Origin: Schizosaccharomyces osmophilus
Taxonomy: Eukaryota
Direction: 5' to 3'
DNA: 64,000 nucleotides
Assembly: GCF_027921745.1 (NCBI RefSeq)
Contig: NC_079238.1
Coordinates: 2,046,001-2,110,000, forward strand
Shown here: piece after piece, positions 24,256 to 36,464 of the stretch
How positions within the stretch are numbered: the stretch's first letter is position 1
Layout of the letters: each line of letters begins with the position of its first letter
Notes under the pieces: model-generated
What the model saw: only the letters and a program-made list of their open reading frames with translations
Told to the model about the DNA's origin: nothing
The model's database searches: none
Position numbers and translations under genes: made by a program

Positions 24256-26951
24256 TCATCTTTTTTTTGTTGGTTTATTTTACTTGTTGAGCAGTTTCTT
24301 CTGCTAAACATCGGTAAGTATTTCTCTTGTTTACAAACGTCTTCATATTCCATAAATGTGCAACCTCCTACTATTACAACGAACGGTTACCTGTGAGGTA
24401 ACACTGGTGAGTTTTTAGAGAGAATTTTAATAAATTAAGAACTCTTATAATGAATCCTAGAACAGTACCATGTTATCGGAATTAGCCTAAAGGACAAAAG
24501 AAATCCCAAGCGTACCCAGCTTTACTAGATACATTTACTAACCCCGAAACTCGATTTCAATTTAGGTTCCTTTGGGAACCAAATAGCTAAGGAAGAATCA
24601 ATCTTAACTCGAGACAATGCAAGAAGCCTGTAAAGTCGGGTTTTTTTCAATCACTAACAAACCTTTTCTTTTGAACCTTTTTTTGACACAATTATTTGCG
24701 TATAATCCCTTTTAATTTCGTCCTTGTTTAACGTTTTAACTTTCTCTTTGAGATTCCCTTTTGTAAACTGCTTTAATTCCCGTTCTCCTACTTAAGACTA
24801 AAACTCTGGCTTCTAGCATTTGTTTACATTTCAAAAAACAAAGCGACGTACGAGCAGTTGCATCTCGCCTACTAATATTATTTATGTACATGTTCAATAA
24901 ACCATTTTACAGCGAGCATACAATCATATTATTTGAGAACAGGCTTGATTCTGGTAGTTGCTGGCGTTTGTTTACACCCAAAACGCAATTGACGCATTCA
25001 AGAGATCGGGTTCCAATTGCTCCTATTATTTATGTACGTGTTAAATGGAACCTTTTCAGCAACGAGCATGAGATAAGAGCATCTGAGAACAGACTCAAAG
25101 GATGTTTTCATTCCTGACATAATCGTTTCTCTCAATAGTGATGTTGAATCAGTTGACCTTTCGAAGCTTTGACTCTGGCCAAATCAAACTTTGGGGTTTG
25201 TGTTCCAAAAACGAATTGAGTAGAAGTAGAGAAACATAGTACAAGATTTGCCTCTTGGAATGAAATACAATACGCTGATGTCTAAAACCAAATTGATCCT
25301 TTTCCCAAGCATCCAGCGTTGATGATTCCTTTAGTAAGGGAACGTCACAGATAACTTCAAAAGTTTTTTAGGACAAATCGAGTAACTCTTTGTCGCTAGT
25401 CCGCTTTATTGATTGTGTCGTGTTTGTTTATTCGAGGAACTCACAATGCTATGTCCTATGAGCAAAGGAACCTTCTCAGATATAATAAAACATACTTGTA
25501 AGTCAAGTGAGATATCTTTTCATTTGGAAGTAGAATCGAAAATTTAAGCTTGAATGGAAGCAATTACGGGTAAGCTTACAACAATTTTAGTTTTCTTTTC
25601 TTCTTGTTCTGTGATATGATTTTAATAATAAACTTAATGAATCTCTATTCTCTGTATACCGAAAAACGAAACGAAAAAAAAAGCTTGTACATCTGATCTG
25701 ACTTTACTATAAGATAGTCTCAAAACAGGCAACAAGCAATACATGAGTGAATTATTTCATAGCTTTTTGCATTGAAATAGAAAAGACGATTAATCCCGTG
25801 CTCATCATCAGTATTTGAAAACTTACGCAAAACTGATTTGGACATAGCAAAAATCCTATCGCTATAAAGGTAGAAGGATGTAAATCAGGAGCACGAGAGC
25901 ATCGATATTAAGGTATAAATGTGTTCGTATGGGAAGTCATTACGATTGAAACGACTTTATGGCAGCTCTTCATTGCTAATTTTTCGTCACTTTCAAGACA
26001 AGCTTCCAAATAGCGTGGACATAAAAAAGGCTCTGATAGATACAAAATGGTAGAATTCAATATTTCTTGAGTATGCGAATTCGACAAAACTGTTTTTTGA
26101 CCTAAGTTGGCTTTTTTGTCTTCGGTAAATGTAAGCGTCTCACGAGAGGCGGTACACATCAAAGAGCTAATGGTTTTTGTAGATCAAAATAAAAAGTGAT
26201 CCCAAAAAAAATGTTCGTCTTTGGACGCATTTTCCAAGTTCATCACTTCCATTTGGAAAGGCACCTACCCTTAACTGGTAGATAACCTCGTACAAGTCGT
26301 TCAGTCACTATTTCTCAGACACCACAATTCTCTGTAATTAGCTGACCAGGTTCTGTTCAGGTTTCACCTTCAGTTGTTGAATGTACGTTTTCCAATATAA
26401 GGAAAGGCTCCTTCAGGGACTGTGAATACATAATGTCTCCATATCAGTAATTGAAAGGACAGTTTTGAAGAAACATGCAAATGAAAACTTCAGCAGGACC
26501 TTACTTTCTCTGCTGTGTCTGTAGACTGAGGTACCTTTAAAATTTCGTTTCGTTAATTTGGCAAGAATCAAACAAGATTGGGACATACATCGACTTGAGT
26601 ATCGATAAAACAAATGGGGCCGTTTTTATAGCTTTTCGGACATCAGTACAAAGCTTCATCATCCTCGTTCTGCCAATCCTAGCGAGTAAAAGCACCTTCC
26701 CACAGACAACGAAAACAAAATTTTTTTTGGGTTCTAAGTAAGAATTCTAAGCATGCTTAGAATAATAAAAGATTATTAATGCATTTTCACAGATCTTAAA
26801 TCACAAATATTCAAGGGTGTTCCAATATACCTATTCGAGCAGGAATATAAATTTTACGTCACTATACTGTACTAGCGATTTCCAGTACAAGATACATCTC
26901 AACTCTTCTCATTATAACAAAATTTTTAATGCCAGAGTACTTTCAATAAAA

Positions 26952-27803
26952 ATGAGTGAAATAAACGAAGAGCCTAAGCATATTCAGCTTCCAAGTGGGT
27001 TGTCTTTACCGAGAATTGGATTTGGCGTTTTTCGAATCAAGTATGCAGACTGTTATGACCTGGTGACTGCAGCATTGGACGCAGGATATCGACGGATTGA
27101 TACTTCTGAAGTGTTTGGAAATGAGGATGTGTGTGGAAAAGCCGTAATTGATTGGTGTGAGCGAAATCGAGCTCCTAGAACAGATATCATTTTGAGCACA
27201 AAATTAGCTAACTGTTCTGATTATGCGGCAACACGCGCTTCCATTCGTAGCAGTCTGCATCATTTGGGTACTTATATTGATATTTTTTCCATCTTTTCTC
27301 CGGCAGCCGGCAGTAAAGCTAGAATCGAAAGCTGGGGAGTCATGGAAGAATTTATTGAAAGAGGAGATATCCGTTATGTGGGCGTCTGTAATTACGGAAC
27401 TAAGCACCTAGAAGAACTATATGCTTCTAAACCAAAGTACTTTCCCATAGTTAATCAGATCGAACTACATCCTTTTCTTGCCAGAGACGAAATTGTGAAT
27501 TGGTGTAAAGGACACAACATCCTTGTGGAAGCCTACTCACCTCTCACAAATGGAATTCGTCTTCAAGATTCAACGCTCGTGGAACTTGCTAATGCCGTCG
27601 GCGTTGATGTTCCCAAATTATTGCTTCGTTGGAGTCTTCAAAAGGGTTATGTACCTATCGTCCAGTGTACGAACCGTGATCAAATTAAACATAATTTGGA
27701 TATTTTCTCCTTTCATATTCCCAAAGAAATAGAAGATAAAATTACCTCGCTTGACGAACATTGGCATGCCGATTCTTCTTACGACCCTACTATTTGCGAA
27801 TAA
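26952..27803 (+). CDS. Aldo-keto reductase family protein (S. pombe SPAP32A8.02-like); catalytic residues substituted
   Basis: 283 aa from ATG 26952; LPRIGFG, GYRRIDT, VNQIELHPFL, EAYSPL, LLRWSLQKG. Confidence 0.9.
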   Translation: MSEINEEPKHIQLPSGLSLPRIGFGVFRIKYADCYDLVTAALDAGYRRIDTSEVFGNEDVCGKAVIDWCERNRAPRTDIILSTKLANCSDYAATRASIRSSLHHLGTYIDIFSIFSPAAGSKARIESWGVMEEFIERGDIRYVGVCNYGTKHLEELYASKPKYFPIVNQIELHPFLARDEIVNWCKGHNILVEAYSPLTNGIRLQDSTLVELANAVGVDVPKLLLRWSLQKGYVPIVQCTNRDQIKHNLDIFSFHIPKEIEDKITSLDEHWHADSSYDPTICE

Positions 27804-28418
27804 TGTTTTCGGTTGGGCGACTTTCTTCCAGCTTTTGATCTCCTTTTCACTTATCCAACAATCCGCTATCATTATAATATTGTGATGATTTTACTTTTCA
27901 AATGTAACGAGCGTAACATAATTGACCCCAACTATAAAAATGCAGTGTTTGAAGTAGTATTAGCCCGTTTTTGATACTTTAGCTAAATTAATTTTTTTCA
28001 TCATCGTGAATCATTATAATCATTCCAAACACATATAGTTCATTGTATCTATATATAGTGTATACCGTTCACAAACAAAACTTCTTTTCTTTGCTTCTTC
28101 TGTCTCCTACGTTTCTAATATACCGATATTTTTCATAAATAAAATCATGACTTAGTTGGCAAAACACTGTACGCTTCTCATCCAATATCAACGGTTCGAC
28201 GAAGACGAGATTCTTTTTTTCCAACAGTAATTATTGCTCCATAAACTCTGAAGAATATGTACCACACACTCACTAAAAGGATCATAAAAATCAGATAGCC
28301 ATATTTTGAGCTTTCAAAAACACCGCCATCAAGACCTCGGTTACTCATTCACCCAACAGTATAAACATCAAAATTAAGCAAACCAAATTAAAGCGATTTA
28401 TCAACTTCTTCTGTCACT

Positions 28419-30011
28419 TTACTCCAAAGGTTCCTCGTCCACATAATTATTAGCTGATGATGATGCATCAACGTTTGGTCTTGCGCTGCTTTCATTAGGC
28501 TCATTTCCTTCAAAAGTCGTAGCTCTATGAGCTTCACGTTGATAAGGATTTTCAGAATTGACTGTTTCTCGTAATTCTTGAGAATCGCTTGAACCTTCAT
28601 TTACCTTAATGGAAGGATCAATAGGAGCACGGCAGATAGCACAAGTTCCATTTACACGCAGCCAGGGCTTCACACAATTTTCATGAAAAAAATGGCTACA
28701 AGGAAGCTCGATAACCTGATCAGTTTCTTTAAAATTTTCCATACATATCGTACATTCATTATCTTCCCCTAATAGATCAACCGGAGGAGATCGTATTTTA
28801 AGTTTGGAAATAATTTCTTCTGAAGCAGGAGGAGGTGCATTGTGACCTTGCGCTTGCTCCATTAGCTGCGAAATAATGTCATCTAATCCTCTTGCACCCC
28901 AAGCATAATCTCCTGGATTTCCAGCCAAATTGAAGACGTTCGAAAAAATGTTAGCAGCATTGAATGGAGTTTCACCTTCACCAGTTTGACCTTCATTTTG
29001 GTTTAAAGAGCCAAAAACTCTTTCCAAAATAGATCCAAGGTCCGCGATAGGAATAGCACCTGCTTGAGTATCTTGAGCACCTTCACTAGGAGTGTTTACT
29101 TGATGTAAGGTTCCATTAGGGCCCATGGAGAAAACAAAACTTTGAGCAGCAAAAGGCAGTCCTGAGTTAGATCTAAAAAATCCAGGTTGACCTTCATCAG
29201 TTGACTGAGACTGCTCATTAACTGGAGGTTGTTGTCCAGAATTAGCAGTCGCATCTTGAGCCTGTTGATTGACCGAAGAAGCATAAGAAGGAAGCGCCTC
29301 GTGTAGAGGAGTATCTACATAGGCTCCAGTTAAATGCTCAGCTGGATCCGTTCCTGCAGGGTCAACACCATGAGGGGCCGTCTCATGGGTATTGGCGGAG
29401 GAAGGTTGGCTTGAGGTAGGAGATCTAGACAAACGGTTTAACCCGGGGCCTAATAGAGTCTGAAACAGATTATGTACTTGCCCTACATTCACAATTCCGG
29501 GCGTAACAAATGGAGTTCCATTTGGATTGGGAGTCGTATCTCGAGGGAAGGATGAATCCGGTGTCGACTCAGACTGTGCAGCATTCGGTAATTCACCAGA
29601 ATGGGGATCGGCGAATGGATTTGTAGCTTCATTTTCAGGAGCTGGATTCGGTTGGGATTCAGACGGTTCGGCCTGGGTGCCAAAGGCACGAAATATGTTC
29701 TGTAACATAGCATTAGGATCAGCCAGCTCTGGTATAGGAATTATATTTTGAACTCTAGGATCATCCTGAGGAGCCGTAGTAGGCTCAATCTAAAAATAAA
29801 AATGGTAAGTTTAAAAATTCAGTTTCTTTATTTTGGAACTAATTTAAAGCTTTAATGAAGATAAGTCATCAACTAAAAGCCCATTTTTTATTATAAATGA
29901 TCCTAAGCATACCATTTCGACAAAGTCACTATTACATCTGGTACAATTTCCAGGTTGCTGAAATTCATTTCCACAAGCATGGCAGTACCAAACTACTGGT
30001 AGTGACTCCAT
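28419..30011 (-). CDS. bop1: RNF126/RNF115-like RING-H2 E3 ligase with N-terminal Zn finger, one intron
   Basis: ATG 30011 MESLPVVWYCHAC..CTRCSSDFVEM, intron 29790-29912; GNPGDYAWGARGLDDIISQLM; RING-H2 CTIC..CSHFFHENC..CAICR; symbol from recalled S. pombe orthologue. Confidence 0.88.
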
Positions 30012-30665
30012 TTTGCTATGAGAATAACTCCAGCAAAACCGATTTGCAACACTTTTTTTTTAAAAAATGGAACCAACACTTAGTGGTGGTTATGTGGTGA
30101 TATATCGGGTAGTTAGCAAAGGATGAAGTTCATGAACAAATGATTCAAAGCTTTAGTTTAGCTGCCCTTGTTGTATTACGGGTACTACAAAACTTTTTTT
30201 TTTATTTGAATATTAACAAGAGTTTTAGAGCTTTTTTTGTTTTTTATTTTTGTACTTCCGCTGTGAAACTTGTATGCATTGACTATCGAAGGCCTACTGG
30301 ATGTGTATCTTTTGAAGTACAGGAGCAAAATTACTTACGAGGTTTCGAAGTATAAAGGAATCATGGTATTTTATTATGAATTTGTTTAACAGGTAAAAAC
30401 TAAACCAAGTATCCGAGCGCGTCGTGCGTCGCTCATCAGCAGTTTAGTGGGTGAATGAGAATGCTGTGTCTGGTTGCTTTTTTATAAGAGGACAATTTTA
30501 ACCCAAGCCCGAAGTGAAAGCTAGAATTTCTGAATGAGGTAGCTGAATACACGATTTCTCAAAAAGTTGAGACATTCAGACAATTAACAAGAAATGATGT
30601 GAGGATATTAAAGTTCTTGAGCGGGTTTTGATCTTTTGCATTTTCCTTGTAGCTTCCTGGTGTAG

Positions 30666-31106
30666 CTAACGATCTTTCGTAACTAATGCGTGGATCCAAG
30701 AAGCTAAGAGGAGACCAAAAGTCGTGGCTGTACAAACAGCAATACAGGAGCTTGCAGCAATCGCTTCTCTGTCTCTCATTTCCTTCAACTCAGCGTGAAG
30801 TTTAATTGCTTCCATGTCGTTCGGGTATTCACGCAAAAGTGTCGTCGTGCAGTAGCGAGCATCATCGTATCTTTTTAGAAAGCTGTATCCTAGGGCTATT
30901 GAATACATTGACTCTCGATACAGAGCAAGGTCATACTCCATACAACGTCGAAGCATGATAATGCCTTCTTCGACATCCTGAGCGCACCGCCGAGAAATCA
31001 GGTACCAGCCATACTCAAAGGTTGTACCAACACTTGGATTTGGCTGCTCGGAATTGAAGCGGTTTCGGATGTGGTGACCGTAACTGTCTGCGCTGGAGGA
31101 ACTCAT
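30666..31106 (-). CDS. Diverged Fis1-like TPR tail-anchored protein (probable paralogue)
   Basis: 146 aa; SEQPNPSVGTTFEYGWYLI..DVEEGI.ML..RESMYSIALG..LKRYDDARY...LL..PNDMEA matches the Fis1 TPR pattern; C-terminal hydrophobic anchor. Confidence 0.8.
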   Translation of the reverse strand: MSSSSADSYGHHIRNRFNSEQPNPSVGTTFEYGWYLISRRCAQDVEEGIIMLRRCMEYDLALYRESMYSIALGYSFLKRYDDARYCTTTLLREYPNDMEAIKLHAELKEMRDREAIAASSCIAVCTATTFGLLLASWIHALVTKDR

Positions 31107-31248
31107 TGCCCCAAAAGTGGATGCTGTTACTGACCCGAGAGGGCACTAATATCGATAAAAAGCCCAAAAAGAGAATTTTTTTTAAGGTTCTTGGTGTTTT
31201 GCTCTTGGGAAAATAGCTTTTGCTGGCATTCGCATCTATGAACCCTTA

Positions 31249-31259
31249 GTAAACAAACA
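31249..31259. promoter_or_regulatory. FLEX element (Mei4/forkhead site) upstream of the Fis1-like gene
   Basis: Exact GTAAACAAACA, 143 nt upstream of ATG 31106. Confidence 0.65.
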
Positions 31260-31660
31260 TTGCCGCCTAGAAAATAAACAAAGTAGCAGGGAGATGGTTT
31301 GGGAAAAGCAAAGACAATTCTTAAATAATAACTGAATGAAGAATGCTTTCTCTTTCGATTAGTATGTTTTCTTTATTGAAGCAATACATGAAGCGGGGGG
31401 ATTGTTTTGTGTTTTCATAACGTTCTTAAAGTCTAATAGAAACTGTATTTTCCCTAAATTTTTTGAGAGAACTTACTGGCAATAAACTGAAAAAGAAAGA
31501 AAGGCAAGCAGGTTCTCTTAGACGTTTTGCAAGGTTTTACTTACACTGCATAATTTACTTTTCCTTTTTTGTTTACAAAATAGCGATACCTTTAAGTACG
31601 AATCTTTCAGTATTCTTATATTACATAACGAGTGAGGCTATATCTCAGTAATGGTATGAA

Positions 31661-31668
31661 CAGTCACA
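31661..31668 (+). promoter_or_regulatory. Homol D box of rpl5
   Basis: CAGTCACA about 52 nt upstream of a ribosomal protein ATG. Confidence 0.85.
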
Positions 31669-31719
31669 GAGTCGAAACTTTGCAAATGAGGTGCGAAATG
31701 AAACAAACACACCACCAAA

Positions 31720-32604
31720 ATGGCTTTCGTTAAGCAGGTCAAGAGCAGCCCTTACTTTTCACGCTTCCAAACTAAATACCGCCGTCGTCGTGAAGGTAAG
31801 ACTGACTACTATGCTCGTAAGCGCTTGATCTCCCAAGCCAAGAACAAGTATAATGCCCCCAAGTACCGTTTGGTTGTCCGTTTCTCCAACCGTTTCGTGA
31901 CCTGCCAAGTTATCTCTTCTAGAGTTACCGGTGACTATGTTCTTGCTGCTGCTCACTCTTCTGAGCTTCCCCGCTACGGTATCAAGTGGGGTTTGGCTAA
32001 CTGGTCCGCTGCTTATGCTACCGGTCTTTTGGTCGCTCGTCGTGCTCTCATCAAGATTGGCCTTGCTGACAAATACGAGGGTATCACTGAACCCGAAGGT
32101 CAATTTGAACTTACCGAAGCCATTGAGGACGGTCCTCGCCCCTTTAAGGTCTTCTTGGACGTCGGTTTGAAGCGTACCTCTACTGGTTCTCGCGTCTTCG
32201 GTGCCATGAAGGGTGCCTCCGATGGTGGTTTATACGTTCCTCACTCTCCTAGCCGTTTCCCTGGTTACGACATTGAATCTGAGGAATTGGATGACGAGAC
32301 TGTCCGCAAGTACATCTACGGTGGTCACGTTGCTGAATACATGGAAATGCTTATTGACGATGATGAAGAGCGTTTCCAAAAGCAATTCTCTAGCTTGATT
32401 GCTGACGGTATTGAGAGTGACCAACTTGAAGATATCTATGCTGAGGCTTTCTCCAAGATCCGTGAAGATCCCGCCCCCAAGAAGAGCGACAAGGACCTTT
32501 CTGCTATCAAGGCCGAATCCCTCAAGTACACCCAAAGAAAGCTTACTGGCGAGGAGCGCAAGGAGCGTTTCAACGCCAAGGTTGCTGCCGCTGGTCGTGT
32601 TTAA
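31720..32604 (+). CDS. rpl502: 60S ribosomal protein L5 (uL18)
   Basis: YFSRFQTKYRRRREGKTDYYARKRLI; strong codon bias; paralogue number inferred from neighbouring srp1. Confidence 0.97.
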   Translation: MAFVKQVKSSPYFSRFQTKYRRRREGKTDYYARKRLISQAKNKYNAPKYRLVVRFSNRFVTCQVISSRVTGDYVLAAAHSSELPRYGIKWGLANWSAAYATGLLVARRALIKIGLADKYEGITEPEGQFELTEAIEDGPRPFKVFLDVGLKRTSTGSRVFGAMKGASDGGLYVPHSPSRFPGYDIESEELDDETVRKYIYGGHVAEYMEMLIDDDEERFQKQFSSLIADGIESDQLEDIYAEAFSKIREDPAPKKSDKDLSAIKAESLKYTQRKLTGEERKERFNAKVAAAGRV

Positions 32605-33300
32605 ATGCATTACTAGCAATAAAAATAATTTTTCGTTTTGTGCTACATTGAATGTTGTAGATCTTGTAGAAATAACAGCGATAAATCCTTTTTATAGGAA
32701 ACGATTTATAGAACATGTAACTTAAAACCTCTACGTCTTCAGATCATAGTATGCAAAAATAAATTTACAAATAAAACTATTTCAGTATATTCTCTTGAAA
32801 ATTTTAAAGATAGTAAAACCAAATCCTGAACATCAGTGGATCAAAAATATAACTTACTTGCTGGTAATGAAACGATAAAGCAAGGTTAAATTGAAGTGTC
32901 AAAACAATTTTCGCCCGTCTAGTAGAACAGCTCAAGCTAAGATTCCTGACAATGAACTTCTAAGGAGCGAACGCAAGATGGTACCAAATCTTACATACAA
33001 TTCCCTCATTACATACAAAGGGTGTAAAAACGACGACAGGAAGTAAATGTGGGACTTCGCCATTTAAACCGCCTCTCAAAACTTCATAATACCTTGTTAA
33101 TACCATTAAAATGCAAATCGATCAAGCAAAAAAATATAAGCATTTAACAGCTCGGCGTTTTCGTTTTATCTACATGTGATGGTACTTGAAAATGTCGATT
33201 TTCATCTAAAGCGCTTACGAAAAAGGAAAAACGGGAAAAACGACTAATTTAAAAGGAATAGGAATTAAGCGACAATCTTTTAACTCCAGTTTTTCAAATT

Positions 33301-34512
<1,212 letters not shown>

Positions 34513-34872
34513 TTAATAATGAAATTTATAAACCATACTTTGGCAACAATTTTAAATCGTCTAGATCAAGACTGGAGAAATCGCAAGACGTATTAATACA
34601 AAAAAAAGGCAAGGAAAGAAAAGCAACCATGCGAAAACTGCATCAAACTCAAAAATTTGCATTCATACTGAAACTCCTACAACTATTTATCTACATGCTT
34701 GAGAGAAAAAGTAGTGATGTATATCATCGTAGACACAGTAGTAAGGATTTTATCTACGAATGTCGAGTGAAATTAGATACACAAGATGATGTAAAAACCA
34801 GACAAGCAACCCAAAGATGAAACAAGTAGGAAAGTACAGAAAAGGAAAAGGTATAAAGTTGGAGAAAGCATT

Positions 34873-35485
34873 TTATACCTTGAAGGCACGAGACTTTCTG
34901 CGACCACGAGCTTCCTCAAACTTACGGCCCTCAGAGCGGACGTGAGGAGCCTTGTGCTTGTGAGGACCGAAACCAAAGTGACGGTAGGCCTCACGAGCAT
35001 GCTTTCTACCACGAAGGAGAACAGTGTTGCTACCAGTGGGAGCACGGAGAGCGAGTTGGTCCAAAGTCATGACTTCACCACCAGCCTTCAAGATGCGAGC
35101 ACGGGCAGACTTGGTGAAGCGAAGAGCGGCGACGGAGAGCTTGGGGACAGTCAACATACGCTCATCATCGGTAACGGTACCAACAGTAACAACGGTCTTA
35201 CCTTCAAGATTGGAAGCCTTACGACTGGTCAAAGCAGCAATCTTGGAGATAGAGATAGGGGGACGGTTGGTCTTGGATTGAAAAAGACGCTTCAAGATAG
35301 TCTTGTTGAAGCGAGAGTCAGTACGACGAGCCAAGAAGCGGTACAACTTGACCAAAAGCTTCAAATAGACATTCTCAGAGGCAGGCTTGCTGCGTTGAGA
35401 CTTTCTGACGTGGTGTCTCTCAATGTCAATACCCTATATCATGTTAGATTCACATTCAGTCTGCAATTTCTCTTGTACATACCAT
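34873..35485 (-). CDS. rpl1801: 60S ribosomal protein L18 (eL18); first coding exon is the ATG alone
   Basis: ATG 35485-35483, intron 35434-35482, then [11 protein letters not shown]...[10 protein letters not shown]. Confidence 0.97.
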
Positions 35486-35544
35486 TGTGACAGAAACGCT
35501 GCTGGTTTGTTTCCAAGTTTGCCAAACAAATTTGGTAGTTTTTT

Positions 35545-35552
35545 TGTGACTG
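35545..35552 (-). promoter_or_regulatory. Homol D box of rpl18
   Basis: TGTGACTG (CAGTCACA on the gene strand) about 60 nt upstream of the ATG; Homol E-like TAGGTTAGGGT nearby. Confidence 0.85.
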
Positions 35553-35959
35553 TTCGTTGTTTGCTTTAGGTTAGGGTAAAGTGTCTGTCGCTTTTCAGGG
35601 TGTCTTGTACGGGAGCTGACAATGCAAGGCAAGCGATATAGTAAAAATGCGTTTTATCTGCGTTCATTTCCAACTTCTTTTTATTCTAGTTTCCTTCTTT
35701 TGTTCCTGAATAAGCAAGCAATTTCGTTTCTTATGTGTGTCTTGTTCAAAATCGTTAGTAAGCATAGCATAGAGCAGATGTTCCTAAAAAATCAAAGCTC
35801 ATCTCAAACTATTTCCTCCATTGTATTCAAAAGCTTTCTTGAAAGTTTACAAACAAGGTTAGCAAGAATTTTAGCTTCATATCTTTCATAAAAAGCAGCT
35901 AAACTAAGTTACAAACCCAGCTTAATATAATAGTCTAATTATAAATAATATCAACAGCT

Positions 35960-36031
35960 GGCTTCGTGGTGTAGTGGTAGCATACTTCGTTTGGGTCGAA
36001 GTGGTCAGGGGTTCGAGCCCCCTCGAAGCCC
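35960..36031 (+). tRNA. tRNA-Pro (TGG)
   Basis: Acceptor stem GGCTTCG/CGAAGCC, anticodon arm CTTCG-TTTGGGT-CGAAG, GGTTCGAG T-loop, oligo-T terminator. Confidence 0.97.
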
Positions 36032-36464
36032 AATTTTTTTTTATTTTTTTTTGGTGCTGGCTGATCTAAATGAACTCGACAATTCGAGAAAACGACAGCT
36101 TTGTGATTGTTGGTTCCTCTGGAAAAGAAAGCTCTTTAACATCTCTCTTGCGTACATTGGTCATTCCTAGAAAATTATGTAGGCGGTCCTCAAACTGTGA
36201 CATCATTGTTTTTGTTCATGATGAAATGCATAAATTGGCAAGTTCCGTCCTACCAAGAACATATTCTTTTGATTTCAGCTATTTTTAAGAATTCGCTGAG
36301 TGTTTAGTACGAACGTCGATTTACTGTTTGAGTATTAATTCTATATTTTGTGTTAGCATACTCATTGCTTTTATTGGATTGCTTTGACTTTTTATTTGAC
36401 AGAAGGAACTTTTTTGTGTAATTTTCATTTACGATTGAATCTAGTTCGCGTCTTTATTGTTATC

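Noticed and set aside
23831..24353. ORFs spanning the poly(A) tract and the 5S gene
   Set aside because: Poly-Lys and poly-Phe artefacts overlapping an rRNA gene
26230..26670. Box C-like RTGATGA motifs on the minus strand as C/D snoRNAs
   Set aside because: No suitably spaced CTGA D box or terminal stem
24256..26950. Intact wtf meiotic driver or wag gene beside the 5S gene
   Set aside because: No multi-transmembrane exons or plausible spliced ORF found on either strand; short ORFs 24884-25117, 25908-26162 and 26413-26613 have no recognisable homology
26817..26951. 45-aa GTG-initiated extension of the AKR, and similar track extensions of dbp3, acr1 and rrp43
   Set aside because: The ORF track uses GTG/TTG starts; downstream ATGs in A-rich context give the expected protein starts
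31759..32725. Antisense and alternate-frame ORFs over rpl5
   Set aside because: Explained by the strong codon bias of a highly expressed gene
34942..35490. 182-aa ORF antisense to rpl18
   Set aside because: Shadow ORF from codon bias; GTG start and no independent signals
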